In this document: positions 29,181-44,900 of the stretch, piece by piece
Layout of the letters: each line of letters starts with the position of its first letter
Position numbering within the stretch: position 1 is the stretch's first letter
NCBI RefSeq assembly: GCF_009914755.1
Contig: NC_060933.1
Strand: one strand, 5' to 3'
DNA from: the human T2T-CHM13v2.0 reference genome, Homo sapiens
DNA: 64,000 nucleotides
Made by a program: the position numbers and the translations under genes
The notes under the pieces: generated by a model
Databases searched by the model: none
What the model was told of the DNA's origin: nothing
Seen by the model: only the letters and a program-made list of their open reading frames with translations

Positions 29181-31344
29181 GAATGGAATGAAATGCAATA
29201 GATTCAACTCGATTGCAATGGAATGGAATGGAATGGAATGGAATGAAATGCAATGGATTCAACTCGATTGCAATGGAATGGAATAGATTGGAATGGAATG
29301 GAATGGAATGGAATGGAATGGAATGGAATTAACCCGAATAGAATGGAATGGAATGGAATGGAACGGAATGGAACGAAATGGAATGGAATGGAATGGAATG
29401 GAATGGAATGGTATGGAATGGAATGGAATGGTACGGAATAGAATGGAATGGAACGAATTGTAATGGAATGGAATTGAATGGAATGGAATGGAATGGAATG
29501 GAATGGAATCAACGCGAGTGCAGGGGAATGTAATGGAACGGAATGCAATGGAATGGAAACATCCGGAATGGAATGGAATGGAATGGAAAGGAATGGAATC
29601 AACCCGAGTGCAATGGAATGGAGTGGAATGGAATGGAATGGAATGGAACAACCCGAATGGAATGGAATGTAATGGAGAGTAAGGGAGTTGAATAGAATCA
29701 ATCCGAATGTAATGGAATGGAATGCAACGGATTGGAATGGAATGGAATGGGATGGAATGCAATGGAATGGAATGAACCCGAGTGCAGGGGAATGGAATGG
29801 AATGGAATGGAATGGAATGGAATGGAATGGAATGGAATGGAATGGAATGGAATGCAGTGGAATGGAATCAAACCTAGTGCAATTGAATGGAATGGAATGG
29901 AATGGAATGGAATGGAATGGAATGGAATGGATTCAACCCAAATGGAATGGAAAGCAATGGAATCAACCCGAGTGGAATGGCATGGAATGGAATGGAATGG
30001 AATGTAATGGAATGGAATGGAATGGAATGGAATGGTACGGAATAAAATGGAATGGAACGAAATGGAATGGAATGGAACGGAATACAATGGAATCATTCCG
30101 AGTGGAATAGAAGGGAATGAATTCGAGTGGAATGGAAAGGAATGGAATCAACCAGAGTGGAATGGAAGGGAATGGAATGGAATGGAAACTAATAAAATGG
30201 AATCAACACGAGTGGAATGGAATGGAAAGGACTTGAATGGAATGGAATGGAATGGAATGGAATCAAGTCGATTGCAATGGAATGTAATGGAATGGAGTGG
30301 AATGGAATTAACGCGAATAGAATGGAATGGAATGGAATGGAATGGAATGGAATGGAATGGAATGGAATCAACCTGAGTGCAGGGGAATGGAATGCAATGG
30401 AATGCAATGGAATGGAATGGAATGGAATGGAATCAACGCGAGTGCAGGGGAATGGAATGTAATGGAATGCAATGGAATGGAATCTTCCGGAATGGAATGG
30501 AATGGAATGGAATGGAATGAAATGCAATAGATTCAACTCGATTGCAATGGAATGGAATGGAATGGAATGGAATGAAATGCAATGGATTCAACTCGATTGC
30601 AATGGAATGGAATAGATTGGAATGGAATGGAATGGAATGGAATGGAATGGAATGGAATTAACCCGAATAGAATGGAATGGAATGGAATGGAACGGAATGG
30701 AACGGAATGGAATGGAATGGAATGGAATGGAATGGAATGGTATGGAATGGAATGGAATGGTACGGAATAGAATGGAATGGAACGAATTGCAATGGAATGG
30801 AATTGAATGGAATGGAATGGAATGGAATGGAATGGAATCAACGCGAGTGCAGGGGAATGTAATGGAACGGAATGCAATGGAATGGAATCATCCGGAATGG
30901 AATGGAATGGAATGGAATGGAATGGAATGGAATCAACCCGAGTGCAATGGAATGGAGTGGAATGGAATGGAATGGAATGGAATGGTATGGAATGGAATGG
31001 AATGGTACGGAATAGAATGGAATGGAACGAATTGTAATGGAATGGAATTGAATGGAATGGAATCGAATGGAATGGAATGGAATCAACGCGAGTGCAGGGG
31101 AATGTAATGGAACGGAATGCAATGGAATGGAAACATCCGGAATGGAATGGAATGGAATGGAAAGGAATGGAATCAACCAGAGTGCAATGGAATGGAGTGG
31201 AATGGAATGGAATGGAATGGAACAACCCGAATGGAATGGAATGTAATGGAGAGTAAGGGAGTTGAATAGAATCAATCCGAATGTAATGGAATGGAATGCA
31301 ACGGATTGGAATGGAATGGAATGGGATGGAATGCAATGGAATGG
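28442..31344 (+). repeat. Tandem duplication, offset 1329 bp (1574 bp after an extra 245-bp segment)
   Basis: Identical ORF peptides at 28634/29963, 28688/30017 and 28998/30327. Private variants ggaatacaatggaatcattcc and gcaatagattcaactc occur in both copies. Confidence 0.88.
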
Positions 31345-34300
31345 AATCAACCCGAGTACAATGGAATGGAATGGAATGGAATGGAATGGAATGGAATGGA
31401 ATGCCTTCAAACCGAATGGAATGGAAAGGAATGGAATCAACACGAGTGGAATGGAATGGAATGGAATGGAATGGAATGGAATGGAATGGAATGGAATGAT
31501 ACGGAATAGAATGTGATGGAACGAAATGGAATGGAATGGAATGGAATGGAATGGAATGGAATGGAATGGAATCGTTCCGAGTGGAATAGGAGGGAATGTA
31601 TTCGAGTGGAATGGAAAGGAATGGAATCAACCAGAGTGGAATGGAAGGGAACGGAATGGAATGGAAACTAATAGAATGGAATCAACCCGAGTGGAATGGA
31701 ATGGAAAGGACTGGAATGGAATGGAATGGAATGGAATGGAATCAACTCGATTGGAATAGAATGGAATGGAATGGAATGGAATGGAATGGAATTAACCCGA
31801 ATACAATGGAATGGAATGGAATGCAATGGAATGGAGTGGAATGGAATGGAATCAACCCGACTGCAGGGGAATGCAATGGAATGGAATGCAATGGAATGGA
31901 GTCATCCGGAATCGAATGGAATGGAATGGAATGCAAAGCAATGGAATCAACTCGATTGCAATGGAATGGAATGGAATGGAATGGAAAGGAATACATTGGA
32001 ATCAACCCGAGTGGAATGGAATGGAAAGGACTGGAATGGAGTGGAATGGAATGGAATGGAATGGAATGGAATCAACTCGATTGGAATGGAATGGAATGGA
32101 ATGGAATGGAATGGAATGGAATGGAATTAACCCGAATAGAATGCAATGGAATGGAATGGAACGGAACGGAACGGAATGGAATGGAATGGAATGGAATGGA
32201 ATGGAATGGAATCAACCAGACTGCAGGGGAATGGAATGGAATGGAATGCAATGGAATGGATTCAACTTGAATGGAATGGAAAGAATGGAATCAACACGAG
32301 TGGAATGGCATGGATTGGAATGGAATGGAATGGAGTCAACCCGAGTACAGGGGAATGGAATGGAATGGAATGCAATGGAATGGAATGGAATGCAATGGAA
32401 TGGAATCATCCGTAATGGAATGGAAAGGAATGGAATGGAATGGAATGGAATGGAATGGAATGGAATAGAATCAACTCGATTGCAATCGAATGGAATGGAA
32501 TGGAATTAACCCAAATAGAATGGAATGGAATGGAATGGAACGGAACGGAACGGAATGGAATGGAATGGAATGGAATGGAACGGAAAGGAAGGGAATAGAA
32601 TGGAATAGAATGGAATGGAATGGAATCAACGCGAGTGCAGGGGAATGGAATGGAATGGAATGCAATGGAATGGAATCTTCCGGAATGGAATGGAATGGAA
32701 TTGAATGGAATGGAATCAACCCGAGTGCAGTGGAATGGAGTGGAATGGAATGGAATGGAATGGAACAACCCGAATGGAATGGAATGTAATGGAGAGTAAG
32801 GGAGTTGAATAGAATCAATCCGAATGTAATGGAATGGAATGGAACGGAATGGAATTGAATGGAATGGAATGGAATGCAATGGAATGGAATCAACCCGAGT
32901 GCAATGGAATGGAGAGGAATGGAATGGAATGGAATGGAAACTACCCGAATGGAATGGAATGTAATGGAGTGTAAGGGAATGGAATAGAATCAATCCGAAT
33001 GTAATGGAATGGAATGGAACGGAATGGAATGGAATGGAATGGAATGGAATGGAATGGAATGGAATGCAATGTAATGGAATCAACCCGAGTGCAATCGAAT
33101 GGAATCGAATGGAATGGAATGCAATGGAATGGATTCAACTTGAATGGAATGGAAAGAATGGAATCAACACGAGTGGAATGGCATGGATTGGAATGGAATG
33201 GAATGGAATCAACCCGAGTACAGGGGAATGGAATGGAATGGAATGCAATGGAATGGAATCATCCGTAATGGAATGGAAAGGAATGGAATGGAATGGAATG
33301 GAATGGAATGGAATGGAACGGAATCAACTCGATTGCAATCGAATGCAATGGAATGGAATTAACCCGAATAGAATGGAATGGAATGGAATGGAACGGAACG
33401 GAATGGAATGGAATGGAATGGAATGGAATGGAATGGAATTGAACGGAACGGAATGGAATGGAATGGAATGGAATGGAATGGAATCAACGCGAGTGCAGGG
33501 GAATGGAATGGAATGGAATGCAATGGAATGGAATCTTCCGGAATGGAATGGAATGGAATGGAATGGAATGAAATGCAATGGATTCAACTCGATTGCAATG
33601 GAATGGAATAGAATGGAATGGAATGGAATGGAATGGAATGGAATTAATCCGAATAGAATGGAATGGAATGGAAAGGAACAGAACGGAACGGAATGGAATG
33701 GAATGGAATGGAATGGTATGGAATGGAATGGAATGGTACGGAATAGAATGGAATGGAACGAATTGCAATGGAATGGAATTGAATGGAATGGAATGGAATG
33801 GAATGGAATGGAATCAACGCGAGTGCAGGGGAATGTAATGGAACGGAATGCAATGGAATGGAATCATCCGGAATGGAATGGAATGGAATGGAATGGAATG
33901 GAATGGAATCAACCCGAGTGCAATGGAATGGAGTGGAATGGAATGGAATGGAATGGAATGGTATGGAATGGAATGGAATGGTACGGAATAGAATGGAATG
34001 GAACGAATTGTAATGGAATGGAATTGAATGGAATGGAATGGAATGGAATGGAATGGAATCAACGCGAGTGCAGGGGAATGTAATGGAACGGAATGCAATG
34101 GAATGGAAACATCCGGAATGGAATGGAATGGAATGGAAAGGAATGGAATCAACCCGAGTGCAATGGAATGGAGTGGAATGGAATGGAATGGAATGGAACA
34201 ACCCGAATGGAATGGAATGTAATGGAGAGTAAGGGAGTTGAATAGAATCAATCCGAATGTAATGGAATGGAATGCAACGGATTGGAATGGAATGGAATGG

Positions 34301-37300
34301 GATGGAATGCAATGGAATGGAATCAACCCGAGTACAATGGAATGGAATGGAATGGAATGGAATGGAATGGAATGGAATGGAATGGAATGCCTTCAAACCG
34401 AATGGAATGGAAAGGAATGGAATCAACACGAGTGGAATGGAATGGAATGGAATGGAATGGAATGGAATGGAATGGAATGGAATGATACGGAATAGAATGT
34501 GATGGAACGAAATGGAATGGAATGGAATGGAATGGAATGGAATGGAATGGAATGGAATCGTTCCGAGTGGAATAGGAGGGAATGTATTCGAGTGGAATGG
34601 AAAGGAATGGAATCAACCAGAGTGGAATGGAAGGGAACGGAATGGAATGGAAACTAATAGAATGGAATCAACCCGAGTGGAATGGAATGGAAAGGACTGG
34701 AATGGAATGGAATGGAATGGAATGGAATCAACTCGATTGTAATGGAATGGAATGGAATGGAATGGAATGGAATGGAATGGAATTAACCCGAATACAATGG
34801 AATGGAATGGAATGCAATGGAATGGAGTGGAATGGAATGGAATCAACCCGACTGCAGGGGAATGCAATGGAATGGAATGCAATGGAATGGAGTCATCCGG
34901 AATCGAATGGAATGGAATGGAATGCAAAGCAATGGAATCAACTCGATTGCAATGGAATGGAATGGAATGGAAAGGAATACATTGGAATCAACCCGAGTGG
35001 AATGGAATGGAAAGGACTGGAATGGAGTGGAATGGAATGGAATGGAATGGAATGGAATCAACTCGATTGGAATGGAATGGAATGGAATGGAATGGAATGG
35101 AATGGAATGGAATTAACCCGAATAGAATGCAATGGAATGGAATGGAACGGAACGGAACGGAATGGAATGGAATGGAATGGAATGGAATGGAATGGAATCA
35201 ACCAGACTGCAGGGGAATGGAATGGAATGGAATGCAATGGAATGGATTCAACTTGAATGGAATGGAAAGAATGGAATCAACACGAGTGGAATGGCATGGA
35301 TTGGAATGGAATGGAATGGAGTCAACCCGAGTACAGGGGAATGGAATGGAATGGAATGCAATGGAATGGAATGGAATGCAATGGAATGGAATCATCCGTA
35401 ATGGAATGGAAAGGAATGGAATGGAATGGAATGGAATGGAATGGAATGGAATGGAATGGAATAGAATCAACTCGATTGCAATCGAATGGAATGGAATGGA
35501 ATTAACCCAAATAGAATGGAATGGAATGGAATGGAACGGAACGGAACGGAATGGAATGGAATGGAATGGAATGGAACGGAAAGAAAGGGAATGGAATGGA
35601 ATAGAATGGAATGGAATGGAATCAACGCGAGTGCAGGGGAATGGAATGGAATGGAATGCAATGGAATGGAATCTTCCGGAATGGAATGGAATGGAATGGA
35701 ATGGAATGGAATCAACCCGAGTGCAGTGGAATGGAGTGGAATGGAATGGAATGGAATGGAACAACCCGAATGGAATGGAATGTAATGGAGAGTAAGGGAG
35801 TTGAATAGAATCAATCCGAATGTAATGGAATGGAATGGAACGGAATGGAATTGAATGGAATGGAATGGAATGCAATGGAATGGAATCAACCCGAGTGCAA
35901 TGGAATGGAGAGGAACGGAATGGAATGGAATGGAATGGAATGGAATGGAATGGAATGGAATGGAATGCAATGAAATGGAATCAACCCGCGTGCAATCGAA
36001 TGGAATCGAATGGAATGGAATGCAATGGAATGGATTCAACTTGAATGGAATGGAAAGAATGGAATCAACACGAGTGGAATGGCATGGATTGGAATGGAAT
36101 GGAATGGAATCAACCCGAGTACAGGGGAATGGAATGGAATGGAATGCAATGGAATGGAATCATCCGTAATGGAATGGAAAGGAATGGAATGGAATGGAAT
36201 GGAATGGAATGGAATGGAATGGAACGGAATCAACTCGATTGCAATCGAATGCAATGGAATGGAATTAACCCGAATAGAATGGAATGGAATGGAATGGAAT
36301 GGAACGGAACGGAATGGAATGGAATGGAATGGAATGGAATGGAATGGAATTGAACGGAACGGAATGTAATGGAATGGAATGGAATGGAATGGAATCAACG
36401 CGAGTGCAGGGGAATGGAATGGAATGGAATGCAATGGAATGGAATCTTCCGGAATGGAATGGAATGGAATGGAATGGAATGGAATGGAATGAAATGCAAT
36501 GGATTCAACTCGATTGCAATGGAATGGAATAGAATGGAATGGAATGGAATGGAATGGAATGGAATTAAACCGAATAGAATGGAATGGAATGGAAAGGAAC
36601 AGAACGGAACGGAATGGAATGGAATGGAATGGAATGGTATGGAATGGAATGGAATGGTACAGAATAGAATGGAATGGAACGAATTGCAATGGAATGGAAT
36701 TGAATGGAATGGAATGGAATGGAATGGAATGGAATGGAATCAACGCGAGTGCAGGGGAATGTAATGGAACGGAATGCAATGGAATGGAATCATCCGGAAT
36801 GGAATGGAATGGAATGGAATGGAATGGAATGGAATCAACCCGAGTGCAATGGAATGGAGTGGAATGGAATGGAATGGAATGGAACAACCCGAATGGAATG
36901 GAATGTAATGGAGAGTAAGGGAGTTGAATAGAATCAATCCGAATTTAATGGAATGGAATGCAACGGAATGGAATGGAATGGAATGGAATGGAATGCAATG
37001 GAATGGAATCAACTCGAGTACAATGGAATGGAATGGAATGGAATAGAATGCAATGGAATGGAATCAACTCGAGTACAACGGAATGGAATGGAATGGAATG
37101 GAATGGAATGGAATGGAATGGAATGGAATTGAATGGAATGCCTTCAAACCGAATGGAATGGAAAGGAATGGAATCACCACGAGTGGAATGGAATGGAATG
37201 GAAAGGAATGGAATGGAATAGAATGGTACGGAATAGAATGGAATGGAACGAACTGGAATGGAATGGAATGGAATGGAATGGAATAGAATGGAATGGAATG

Positions 37301-37700
37301 GAATCGTTCTGAGTGGAATAGGAGGGAATGTATTCGAGTGGAATGGAAAGGAATGGAATCAACCAGATTGGAATGGAAGGGAATGGAATGGAATGGAAAC
37401 TAATAGAATGGAATCAACCCGAGTGGAATGGAATGGAAAGGACTGGAATGGAATGGAATGGAATGGAATCAACTCGATTGTAATGGAATGGAATGGAATG
37501 GAATGGAATGGAATTAACCCGAATACAATGGAATGGAATGGAATGGAACGGAATGGAGTGAAATGGAATGGAATCAACCCGAGTGCAGGGGAATGGAATG
37601 GAATGGAATGCAATGGAATGGAATCAACTCGATTGCAATGGAATGGAATGGAATGGAAAGGAATACATTGGAATCAACCCGAATGGAATGGAATGTAATG
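30570..37700 (+). repeat. ~3-kb tandem period (about 2.4 copies)
   Basis: Marker atgccttcaaaccg at 31401, 34387 and 37138. ORF-track offsets of 2976-2996 (31262/34238, 32146/35132, 32490/35486). Confidence 0.85.
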
Positions 37701-40700
37701 GAGTGTAAGGGAATTGAATAGAATCAATCCGAATGTAATGGAATGGAATGGAACGGAATGGAATGGAATGGAATGGAATGGAATGGAATGGAATGGAATG
37801 CAATGGAATGGAATCATCCGGAATGGAATGGAATGGAATGGAATGCAAAGCAATGGAATCAACTCGATTGCAATGGAATGGAATGGAATGGAAAGGAATA
37901 CATTGGAATCAACCCGAGTGGAATGGAATGGAAAGGACTGGAATGGAGTGGAATGGAATGGAATGGAATGGAATGGAATGGAATGGAATCAACTCGATTG
38001 GAATGGAATGGAATGGAATGGAATGGAATTAACCCGAATAGAATGGAATGGAATGGAATGGAACGGAACGGAATGGAATGGAATGGAATGGAATGGAATG
38101 GAATGGAATGGAATCAACCCGACTGCAGGGGAATGGAATGGAATAGAATGCAATGGAATGGATTCAACTTGAATGGAAGGGAAAGAATGGAATCAACACG
38201 AGTGGAATGGCATGGATTGGAATGGAATGCAATGGAATCAACCCGAGTACAGGGGAATGGAATTGAATGGAATGCAATGGAATGGAATCATCCGTAATGG
38301 AATGGAATGGAAAGGAATGGAATGGAATGGAATGGAATGGAATAGAATGGAATGGAATCAACTCGATTGCAATCGAATGGAATGGAATGGAATTAACCCG
38401 AATAGAATGGAATGGAATGGAATGGAACGGAACGGAACGGAATGGAATGGATTGGAATGCAATGGAATGGAATGGAATGGAACGGAAAGGAATGGAATGG
38501 AATGGAATGGAATGGAATGGAATGGAATCAACGCGAGTGCAGGGGAATGGAATGGAATGGAATGCAATGGAATGGAATCAACCCGAGTGCAATGGAATGG
38601 AGAGGAATGGAATGGAATGGAATGGAAACTACCCGAATGGAATGGAATGTAATGGAGTGTAAGGGAATTGAATAGAATCAATCTGAATGTAATGGAATGG
38701 AATGGAACGGAATGGAATGGAATGGAATGGAATGGAATGGAATGGAATGCAATGGAATGGAATCATCCGGAATGGAATGCAATGGAATGGAATGCAAAGC
38801 AATGGAATCAACTCGATTGCAATGGAATGGAATGGAATGGAAAGGAATACATTGGAATCAACCCGAGTGGAATGGAATGGAAAGGACTGGAATGGAGTGG
38901 AATGGAATGGAATGGAATGGAGTGGAATCAACTCGATTGGAATGGAATGCAATGGAATGTAATGGAATTAACCCGAATAGAATGGAATGGAATGGAATGG
39001 AACGGAACGGAACGGAACGGAATGGAATGGAATGGAATGGAATGGAATGGAATCAACCCGACTGCAGGGGAATGGAATGGAATGGAATGCAATGGAATGG
39101 ATTCAACTTGAATGGAATGGAAAGAATGGAATCAACACGAGTGGAATGGCATGGAATGGAATGGAATGGAATGGAATCAACCCGAGTACAGGGGAATGGA
39201 ATGGAATGGAATGCAATGGAATGGAATCATCCGTAATGGAATGGAAAGGAATGGAATGGAATGGAATGGAATCAACTCGATTGCAATCGAATGGAATGGA
39301 ATGGATTTAAGCCGAATAGAATGGAATGGAATAGAATCGAGCAGAACGGAACGGAACGGAACGGAATGGAATGGAATGGAATGGAATGGAATGGAACGGA
39401 AAGGAATGGAATGGAATGGAATGGAATGGAATGGAATGGAACGGAATGGAATCAACGCGACTGCAGGGGAATGGAATGGAATGGAATGCAATGGAATGGA
39501 ATCTTCCGGAATGGAATGGAATGGAATGGAGTGGAATGGAATAAACCCGAGTGCAATGGAATGGAGTGGAATGGAATGGAATGGAATGGAACAACCCGAA
39601 TGGAATGGAATGTAATGGAGAGTAAAGGAGTTGAATAGAATCAATCCGAATGTAATGGAATGGAATGGAACGGAATGGAATTGAATGGAATGGAATGGAA
39701 TGCAATGGAATGGAATCAACCCGAGTGCAATGGAATGGAGAGGAATGGAATGGAATGGAATGGAAACTACCCGAATGGAATGGAATGTAATGGAGTGTAA
39801 GGGAATAGAATATAATCAATCCGAATGTAATGGAATGGAATGGAACGGAATGGAATGGAATGGAATGGAATGGAATGGAATGGAATGCAATGGAATGGAA
39901 TCAACCCAAGTGCAATCGAATGGAATTGAATTGAATGGAATGCAATGGAATGGATTCAACTTGAATGGAATGGAAAGAATGGAATCAACACGAGTGGAAG
40001 GGCATGGATTGGAATGCAATGGAATGGAATCAACCCGAGTACAGGGGAATGGAATGGAATGGAATGCAATGGAATGGAATCATCCGTAATGGAATGGAAA
40101 GGAATGGAATGGAATGGAATGGAATGGAATGGAATGGAATGGAATGGAATCAACACGATTGCAATCGAATGGAATGGAATGGAATTAACCCAAATAGAAT
40201 GGAATGGAATGGAATGGAACGGAACGGAACAGAATGGAATGGAATGGAATGGAATGGAATGGAACGGAAGAAAATGGAATGGAATGGAATGGAATGGAAT
40301 GGAATCAACGCGAGTGCAGGGGAATGGAATGGAATGGAATGCAATGGAATGGAATCTTCCGGAATGGAATGGAATGGAATGGAATAGAATGGAATGGAAT
40401 GGAATGGAATGGAATCAACCCGAGTACAGGGGAATGGAATGGAATGTAATGTAATGCAATGGAATCATCCGTAATGGAATGGAAAGGAATGGAATGGAAT
40501 GGAATGGAATGGAATGGAATGGAATCAACTGGATTGCAATCGAATGGAATGGAATGGAATTAACCCGAATAGAATGGAATGGAATGGAACGGAACGGAAC
40601 GGAACGGAATGGAATGGAATGGAAAGGAACGGAATGGAATAGAATGGAATGGAATGGAATGGAATGGAATCAACGCGAGTGCAGGGGAATGGAATGGAAT

Positions 40701-41939
40701 GGAATGCAGTGGAATGGAATCTTCCGGAATGGAATGGAATGGAATGCAATGGATTCAACTCGATTGCAATGGAATGGAATAGAATGGAATGGAATGGAAT
40801 GGAATGGAATTAACCCGAGTAAAATGGAATGGAATGGAATGGAACGGAATGGAACGGAACGGAACGGAATGGAATGGAATGGAATGGAATGGAATGGTAT
40901 GGAATGGAATGGAATGGTACGGAATAGAATGGAATGGAAAGAATTGGAATGGAATGGAATGGAATGGAATGGAATGGAATGGAATCAACCCGAGTGCAGG
41001 GGAATGTATTGGAACGCAATGTAATGGAATGGAATCATGCGGAATGGAATGGAATGGAATGGAATGGAATGGAATGGAACCAACTCGATTATGAGGGAAT
41101 GGAATGGAATGGAATGGAATGGAGTGGAATGGAATGGAATCAACCCGAGTGCAGGGGAATGGAATGGAATGGAATGCAATGGAATGGAATCATCCGGAAT
41201 GGAATGGAATGGAATGGAATGCAAAGCAATGGAATCAACTCGATTGCAATGGAATGGAATGGAATGGAAAGGAATACATTGGAATCAACCCGAGTGGAAT
41301 GGAATGGAAAGGACTGGAATGGAGTGGAATGGAATGGAATGGAATGGAATGGAATCAACTCGATTGGAATGGAATGGAATGGAATGGAATGGAATGGAAT
41401 TAACCCGAATAGAATGGAATGGAATGGAATGGAATGGAACGGAACGGAACGGAACGGAATGGAATGGAATGGAATGGAATGGAATGGAATTGAATGGAAT
41501 CAACTCGATCACAATCGAATGGAATGGAATGGAATTAACGCGAATAGAATGGAATGGAATGGAATGGAACGGAACGGAACGGAATGGAATGGAATGGAAT
41601 GGAACGGAATGCAATGGAACGGAACGGAATGGAATGGAATGGAATGGAATGGAATGGAATGGAATCAACGCGAGTGTAGTGGAATGGAATGGAATGGAAC
41701 GCAATGGAATGGAATCTTCCGGAATGGAATGGTATGGAATGGAATGGAATGGAATGGAATGGAATCAACCCGAGTGCAATGGAATGGAGTGGAATGGAAT
41801 GGAATGGAATGGAACAACCCGAATGGAATGGAATGTAATGGAGAGTAAGGGAGTTGAATACAATCAATCCGAATGTAATGGAATGGAATGGAACGGAATG
41901 GAATGGAATGGAATGGAATGGAATGCAATGGAATGGAAT

Positions 41940-44900
41940 CAACCCGAGTAGAGGGGAATGGAATGGAATGGAACGCAATGGAATGGAATCTTCCGGAATG
42001 TAATGTAATGGAATGCAATGGAATGGAATGCAATGGATTCAACTCGATTGCAATGGAATGGAATAGAATGGAATGGAATGGAATGGAATGGAATTAACCC
42101 GAATAAAATGGAATGGAATGGAAAGGAACGGAACGGAACGGAACGGAACGGAACTGAATGGAATGGAATGGAATGGAATGGAATGGAATGGAATTGTATG
42201 GAATGGAATGGAATGGTATGGAATAGAATGGAATGGAAAGAATTGGAATGGAATGGAATGGAATGGAATGGAATGGAATGGAATGGAATGGAATTAACCA
42301 GAGTGCAGAGGAATGTAATGGAACGGAATGCAATGGAATGGAATCATCCGGAATGGAATGCAATGGAATGCAATGGAATGGAATGGAATGGAATCAACCC
42401 GAGTGCAATGGAATGGAGTGAAATGGAATGGAATGGAATGGAAACAACCAGAATGGATTGGAATATAATGGAGTGTAAGGGAGTTGAATAGAATCAATCT
42501 GAATGTAATGAAATGGAATGGAAAGGAATGGAATGGAATGAAAAGGAATGGAATGCAATGGAATGGAATCAACCCGAGTGCAATCGAATGGAATCGAATG
42601 GAATGGAATGCAATGGAATGGATTCAACTTGAATGGAATGGAAAGAATGGAATCAACACGAGTGGAATGGCATGGATTGGAATGGAATGGAATGGAATCA
42701 ACCCGAGTACAGGGGAATGGAATGGAATGGAATGCAATGGAATGGAATCATCCGTAATGGAATGGAAAGGAATGGAATGGAACGGAATGGAATGGAATGG
42801 AATGGAATCAACTCGATTGCAATCGAATGGAATGGAATGGAATTAACCGAATAGAATGGAAAGGAATGAAATGGAACGGAACGGAATGGAATGGAATGGA
42901 ATGGAATGGAATAGAATGGAACGGAAAGGAAGGGAATGGAATGGAATAGAATGGAATGGAATGGAATCAAGGCGACTGCAGGGGAATGGAATGGAATGGA
43001 AAGCAATGGAATGGAATCTTCCGGAATGGAATGGAATGGAATGGAATGGAATAAACCCGAGTGCAATGGAATGGAGTGGAATGGAATGGAATGGAATGGA
43101 ACAACCCGAATGGAATGGAATGTAATGGAGAGTAAGGGAGTTGAATAGAATCAATCCGAATGTAATGGAATGGAATGGAACGGAATGGAATTGAATGGAA
43201 TGGAATGGAATGCAATGGAATGGAATCAACCCGCGTGCAATGGAATGGAGAGGAATGGAATGGAATGGAATGGAAACTACCCGAATGGAATGGAATGTAA
43301 TGGAGTGTAAGGGAATTGAATAGAATGAATCCGAATGTAATGGAATGGAATGGAACGGAATGGAATGGAATGGAATGGAATGGAATGGAATGGAATGGAA
43401 TGCAATGGAATGGAATCAACCCGAGTGCAATGGAATGGAGAGGAATGGAATGGAATGCAATGGAAACTACCCGAATGGAATGGAATGTAATGGAGTGTAA
43501 GGGAATTGAATAGAATCAATCCGAATGTAATGGAATGGAATGGAACGCAATGGAATGGAATGGAATGGAATGGAATTGAATCAAATGGAATGGAACGAAA
43601 CGGAATGGAATGGAATGGAATGGAATGGAATCAACTCGATTGCAATCGAATGGAATGGAATGCAATTTACCCGAATGGAATGGAATGGAATGGAATGGAA
43701 TGGAATGGAACGGAACGGAATGGAATGGAATGGAATGCAATGGAAGGGAACGGAATGGAATGGAATGGAATGGAATGGAATGGAATGGAATCAACGCGAG
43801 TGCAGCGGAATGGAATGGAGTGGAATGCAATGGAATGGAATCTTCCGGAATGGAATGGAATGGAATGGAATGGAATGGAATGGAATGGAATGGAATGCCT
43901 TCAAACCGAATGGAATGGAAAGGAATGGAATCAACACGAGTGGAATAGAATGGAAAGGAAAGGAATGGAATGGAATGGAATGGTACGGAATAGAATGGAA
44001 TGGAACGAAATGGAATGGAATGGAATGGAATGGAATGGAATGGAATGGAATGGAATCGTTCCGAGTGGAATAGGAGGGAATGTATTCGAGTAGAATTGAA
44101 AGGAATTGAATCAACCAGAGTGGAATGGAAGGGAATGCAATGGAATGGAAACTAATAGAATGGAATCAACCCGAGTGAAATGGAATGGAAAGGAATGGAA
44201 TGGAATGGAATGGAATGGAATGGAATGGAATGGAATCAACTCGATTGTATTGGATTGGAATGGAATGGAATGGAATGGAATGGAATGGAATTAACACGAA
44301 TACAATGGAATGGAATGGAATGGAAGGGAACGGAATGGAGTGGAATGGAATGGAATCAACCCGAGTGCAGGGGAATGGAATGGAATGGAATGCAATGGAA
44401 TGGAATCATCCGGAATGGAATGGAATGGAATGGAATGGAATGCAAAGCAGTAGAATCAACTCGATTGCAATGGAATGGAATGGAATGGAAAGGAATACAA
44501 TGGAATCAACCCGAGTGGAATGGAATGGAAAGGACTGGAATGGAGTGGAATGGAATGGAATGGAATGGAATGGAATGGAATCAAATCGATTGGAATGGAA
44601 TTGAATGGAATGGAATGGAATGGAATGGAATTAACCCGAATAGAATGGAATGGAATGGAATGGAACGGAACGGAATGGAATGGAATGGAATGGAATGGAA
44701 TGGAATGGAATGGAATGGAATCAACCCAACTGCAGGGGAATTGAATGGAATGGAATGCAATGGAATGGATTCAACTTGAATGGAATGGAAAGAATGGAAT
44801 CAACACGAGTGGAATGGCATGGATTGGAATGGAATGGAATGGAATCAACCCGAGTACAGGGGAATGGAATGGAATGTGATGCAATGGAATGGAATAATCC

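Noticed and set aside
39808-39825. Possible DUX4 site (tataatcaatccg)
   Set aside because: It does not fit the 11-bp TAAYYYAATCA spacing. DUX4 binding is documented mainly for HSATII.
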